Source of the DNA: Psammoneis japonica
Lineage: Eukaryota
Assembly: GCA_008632985.1 (NCBI GenBank)
Contig: QPGO01000005.1
Span: forward strand, 1,199,607-1,221,928
Length of the DNA stretch: 22,322 nucleotides
Direction of reading: 5' to 3'
Of the stretch, positions 21,930 through 22,322 are shown piece by piece; position 1 is the first letter of the stretch; every line of letters begins with the position of its first letter. The notes beneath the pieces were generated by a model. It was not told the DNA's origin and made no database searches. It saw only the letters and a program-made list of their open reading frames with translations. A program made the position numbers and the translations under genes.

Positions 21930-22322
21930 CGATCATCATCGGACTCGTCCACATCGGACTCGTCTCCTCCGTTGTTCATTTTGCCTTTTGCACCTTCCTC
22001 CTGCTCATCGTTGTTGCTGTTGTCATCCCTGCTGCTCTCCACCATTGGGCTGTTCATTGCCTTCACCTTCTCTGCATCGCCGGTTGGTGCTTTCTTCTTC
22101 TTCTTTTTTGCTTCTCCGGACTTCTCGCAATCGCTTTTCTTGATCTCCGTGTGCCACTTTTCAAACTCCTTGCCCTCCTTGGAGTCTCCATCTTTTGTCA
22201 CCTCTTTGCACAAATCGTTGAACCGATTGATTCCGTTGTCTCCCCAAGACACTGGTTGTTTCTTTGGCTTCATGCACCGAGGGGCAGGCCTTGTTTCTTC
22301 GGGCTCCATTTCCTCACCCAAT
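21930..22322 (-). pseudogene. C-terminal remnant of an uncharacterised Lys-rich/acidic-tailed protein, probably repeat-associated
   Basis: SWGDNGINRFNDLCKEVTKDGDSKEGKEFEKWH, then KKKKKK and a DESDVDESDDD tail. Composition is protein-like, unlike the neighbouring spurious ORFs; no TA in the segment; family not identified. Confidence 0.45.

Larger units (their letters stand above)
1..22322. other. TpA-depleted, TG/CA-enriched hypermutated repeat domain
   Basis: About 60 TA dinucleotides found by eye in 22,322 bp. Tyr (TAY) is almost absent from the ORF translations, stops are mostly TGA, and TGCA/CACA/TGTG are pervasive. Confidence 0.95.

Noticed and set aside
1..22322. Classical fungal RIP or plain CpG deamination as the cause of the composition
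   Set aside because: RIP creates TpA and depletes CpA/TpG, the opposite of what is seen. CpG decay is present but cannot remove TA or turn Tyr into His/Cys.
1..22322. ADAR editing of retroelement RNA or DGR-type adenine mutagenesis
   Set aside because: A>G and T>C occur together within single elements, and host-gene fragments and satellites are affected. TAG context is comparatively spared. Changes are transitions confined to TA rather than A>N, and no template/variable repeat pair with an intact RT is present.
1..22322. Alternative genetic code (TGA readthrough, no Tyr)
   Set aside because: In-frame TGAs fall at Arg (CGA) positions and come with frameshifts, and TA loss is frame-independent and extends into non-coding repeats.

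Overview
This is eukaryotic, repeat-rich DNA with no intact gene. It is probably from a diatom or related stramenopile, inferred from CoDi-type Ty1/copia fragments, a diatom-type non-LTR ORF2 C-terminus and TTAGGG-derived repeats. The left half (1-10.3 kb) holds a ~2.31-kb tandem duplication, a third rearranged copy, an inverted partial copy, two satellite arrays and a degenerate telomere-type array. The right half is a patchwork of decayed transposon fragments (two copia pieces) and decayed host-gene fragments (MYND finger, Gbp2-like RRM protein, E1/ThiF-family enzyme). The dominant signal is near-total loss of TpA: about 60 TA dinucleotides by eye in 22.3 kb, against roughly 1,500 expected. 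Three independent lines show it is directional TA>TG / TA>CA mutation (A>G on either strand): conserved Tyr codons became His or Cys, (TTAGGG)n became TTGGGG/TCAGGG, and paralogous copies differ as TA versus TG/CA. Surviving TAs are mostly in YTAR context, and CpG decay varies independently. This looks like an adenine-targeted, RIP-like hypermutation of repeats, the mirror image of fungal RIP. The dense Cys/His-rich, Tyr-free six-frame ORF track is an artefact of TAA/TAG loss.
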